NCBI GenBank assembly: GCA_013265495.1
Contig: MU058384.1
Location: forward strand, 6,406,956 to 6,470,955
Length of the DNA: 64,000 bases
Source: Vicugna vicugna
Lineage: Eukaryota
Reading direction: 5' to 3'
Shown: piece by piece, positions 62,133-64,000 of the stretch
Layout of the letters: the number at the start of each line of letters is the position of its first letter
Position numbering within the stretch: the stretch's first letter is position 1
Position numbers and translations under genes: made by a program
Notes under the pieces: model-generated
Databases searched by the model: none
Told to the model about the DNA's origin: nothing
Seen by the model: the letters and a program-made list of their open reading frames with translations, nothing else

Positions 62133-62278
62133 GGGGAGGGGTGGCTATAGCTCAGTGGTAGAGTGCATGCTTAGCACTCCTGGGTTCAATCCCCAGTACC
62201 TCCATTAAAATAAATAAATAAGTAAATAAAAACCTAATTACCTACCCCCCCCAATTAAAAAAAAAAGAATTCTAAAAT
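62133..62278 (+). mobile_element. tRNA-Ala-derived SINE, long form, with an internal deletion
   Basis: TATAGCTCAGTGGTAGAGTGCATGCTTAGCACTCCTGGGTTCAATCCCCAGTACCTCCA (lacks ~8 nt of TGCATGAGG), with TSD AAAACACTAAG. Confidence 0.93.
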
Positions 62279-63693
62279 AAAACACTAAGCATTCACAATT
62301 TTGTTTCCGTTTATCCTGACATTGTTATTTAAGCGAAACTGTCTAAACTTAAAATCTAAGCATAGGATACAAGAGCCCAATAGTGCCCTCAGTCATCTGC
62401 ATGTGGCTTTCATTCAAATAAGAAGCAACTTCACAAGCCGAATACAGGTAACTATCCCAAGAAATCCATCTGAATTTCCTGTATCATGATATGAAGATAG
62501 ACCCCAACTAAGAAAACCCAAAACTAAAACCAAAATATCCAGGTAAAGTCAGAACTTACATGGAACAGCTTCTACCAATCAATAAGAATCCTTTCGTGTT
62601 AACGGAGTGGAACAAAGGATTCTATTAATTCAGTTGTCTGGGCAGGAATGTAGGCTCTCAAGAACCTATGAGTATGTTCAGATTTTGTAGGGAAAGGTAA
62701 TGACTTTCTCTTCCTACTTTCTCACATCCTTAGATTGAGCCACCATGAAGAGAGTGAAAACACCGTAGAAGAGTTCAGTCCTGAAGTGGGCAGAAAGAGG
62801 CTGAACTTGAAAAACTCATACCCCCGGGGCCTCCAGTGTTTTTTGATACAACAAGCTTCAGTACCACCCACAAGCTTGTGTAAACTCACAAGGGGCCACA
62901 GCTTTTGACAGACTTTATGAAGACCAGGTCAACTGGTTCAGACAGCCTCTTTTTCTCTCAAGCTCCGAGATGAGTTACCTGCCTTCTGTCACATGTCTTC
63001 TGTCTCCTTTTTGCCATTAGCTACTTCTAGTTGGGAGAAAATTTTCCCCAGTCCTGAAGCTGTCAGCTAAATAATTCTTGACTCCTCTATTCCTACCACA
63101 TAAGTGAAATCAAGGAATCACAGTGTCATTCAACACTAGAGTCATTCAAATTACAAGGGTTGAAGAATGGTTTCCTTATAGCTAGCCTCCATGATTTATT
63201 CCATATTCCTCCCATTTAAGTCCATGCTATATACCAGAAAGATTTTCCTAAAATGAAACATTTCCTATTTTTTCAATTTCCTCTTCTATTTTAAATCTTG
63301 GTTCCTCATTACTTATATCAATAAATAATGTGATTCCAAATACAGCATACCCTCCAAAAAATCATGAAATACCCTTATCCTTCAATATACTAGACTTGCT
63401 CTTTCTAAAACATCTCCTGAAGAAGGTCTGCTGAATTGGGGCTCTTTTTCTTAAACAACTTCAACTCACTTTTGCAGGCAAAGATGGAACTAAAAAATTG
63501 CCAACTGGTATGAGAAGAACCTGATTTTGAGGAGAAGGGGAAAAAGACAAAAGGAGAGAAGAACCATGGAAATGGAGAAGAGGAGAGAAGGCAAGATTTC
63601 TCTGATAGTTACAACAATAGCCTTGCAGGTGCCCAATACCTACAAGGATAACGGGGGACAGGGATAAGAGGGATAAGGCAGAATGGTCACTCA

Positions 63694-64000
63694 CAGGGCC
63701 AGCTTCCTGGACATGTGATCTGTGCAGTTGCATTGGGTCCCACACTCAGAAGGGCCTTGCACTTGGTTTAATGTTCTTCTGTCAGCATCTTGAAATTCTT
63801 GATAATTTTACTTTTGACCTTGTGTTTTACAATAATGCTCTATATGTGTGTCCACTGTTCCTTGCCACCCTGTAAGCACAGAATTCTGGTGGACTCACAA
63901 TGTGTGGGAGTTCATTGAGACTTTGAGTACAAGCTAAATGTGTCATGTCTACACCTGAGTGAGCAGGGTGCTGACAACTCCAAGAGGCCATGCTTTTCTT
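63694..64000. mobile_element. hAT-Tip100 (MER91/Zaphod-like) DNA transposon, continuing past the window end
   Basis: CAGGGCCAGCTTCCTGGACATGTGATCTGTGCAGTTGCA..GGGTCCCACACTCAGAAGGGCC..GCACTTGGTTTAATG...CATCTTGAAATTCTT resembles the MER91/Zaphod terminus. Confidence 0.7.

Noticed and set aside
4032..62210. Apparent tRNA-Ala(AGC) genes
   Set aside because: They have extra 5' G-rich leaders, A-rich tails, TSDs and stem mismatches, so they are SINE copies rather than tRNA genes.

Overview
Mammalian, AT-rich, repeat-rich genomic DNA, most likely from a camelid (alpaca, camel or vicuna). The evidence is 15 copies of a tRNA-Ala(AGC)-derived SINE matching the camelid Vic-1-type family, alongside pan-mammalian MIR, L2, CR1, MER20 and MER82 fossils and L1 fragments. 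I can support no protein-coding exon; the supplied ORFs are GC-island, repeat or chance frames. The main functional feature is a large CpG-island promoter (~21.6-22.9 kb). It holds a minus-strand, probably non-coding first exon ending at a strong GAG|GTGAGT donor (21978), so 1-21977 is probably intron 1 of a gene I cannot name with confidence. Upstream lie a solo ERV1-type LTR nested inside another LTR (26371-27422), a triple-SINE cluster (33.6-34.2 kb) and a multi-layer L1/SINE nest (47.8-50.2 kb). A second small CpG island (58.7-59.1 kb) and a repeat-free block (60.4-61.1 kb) carry exon-like signals on both strands. I found no evidence of a new multi-gene biological system; the best leads concern regulation and retrotransposon biology. 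Repeat family names come from recalled consensus resemblance, and old-repeat boundaries are approximate (+/- tens of bp).
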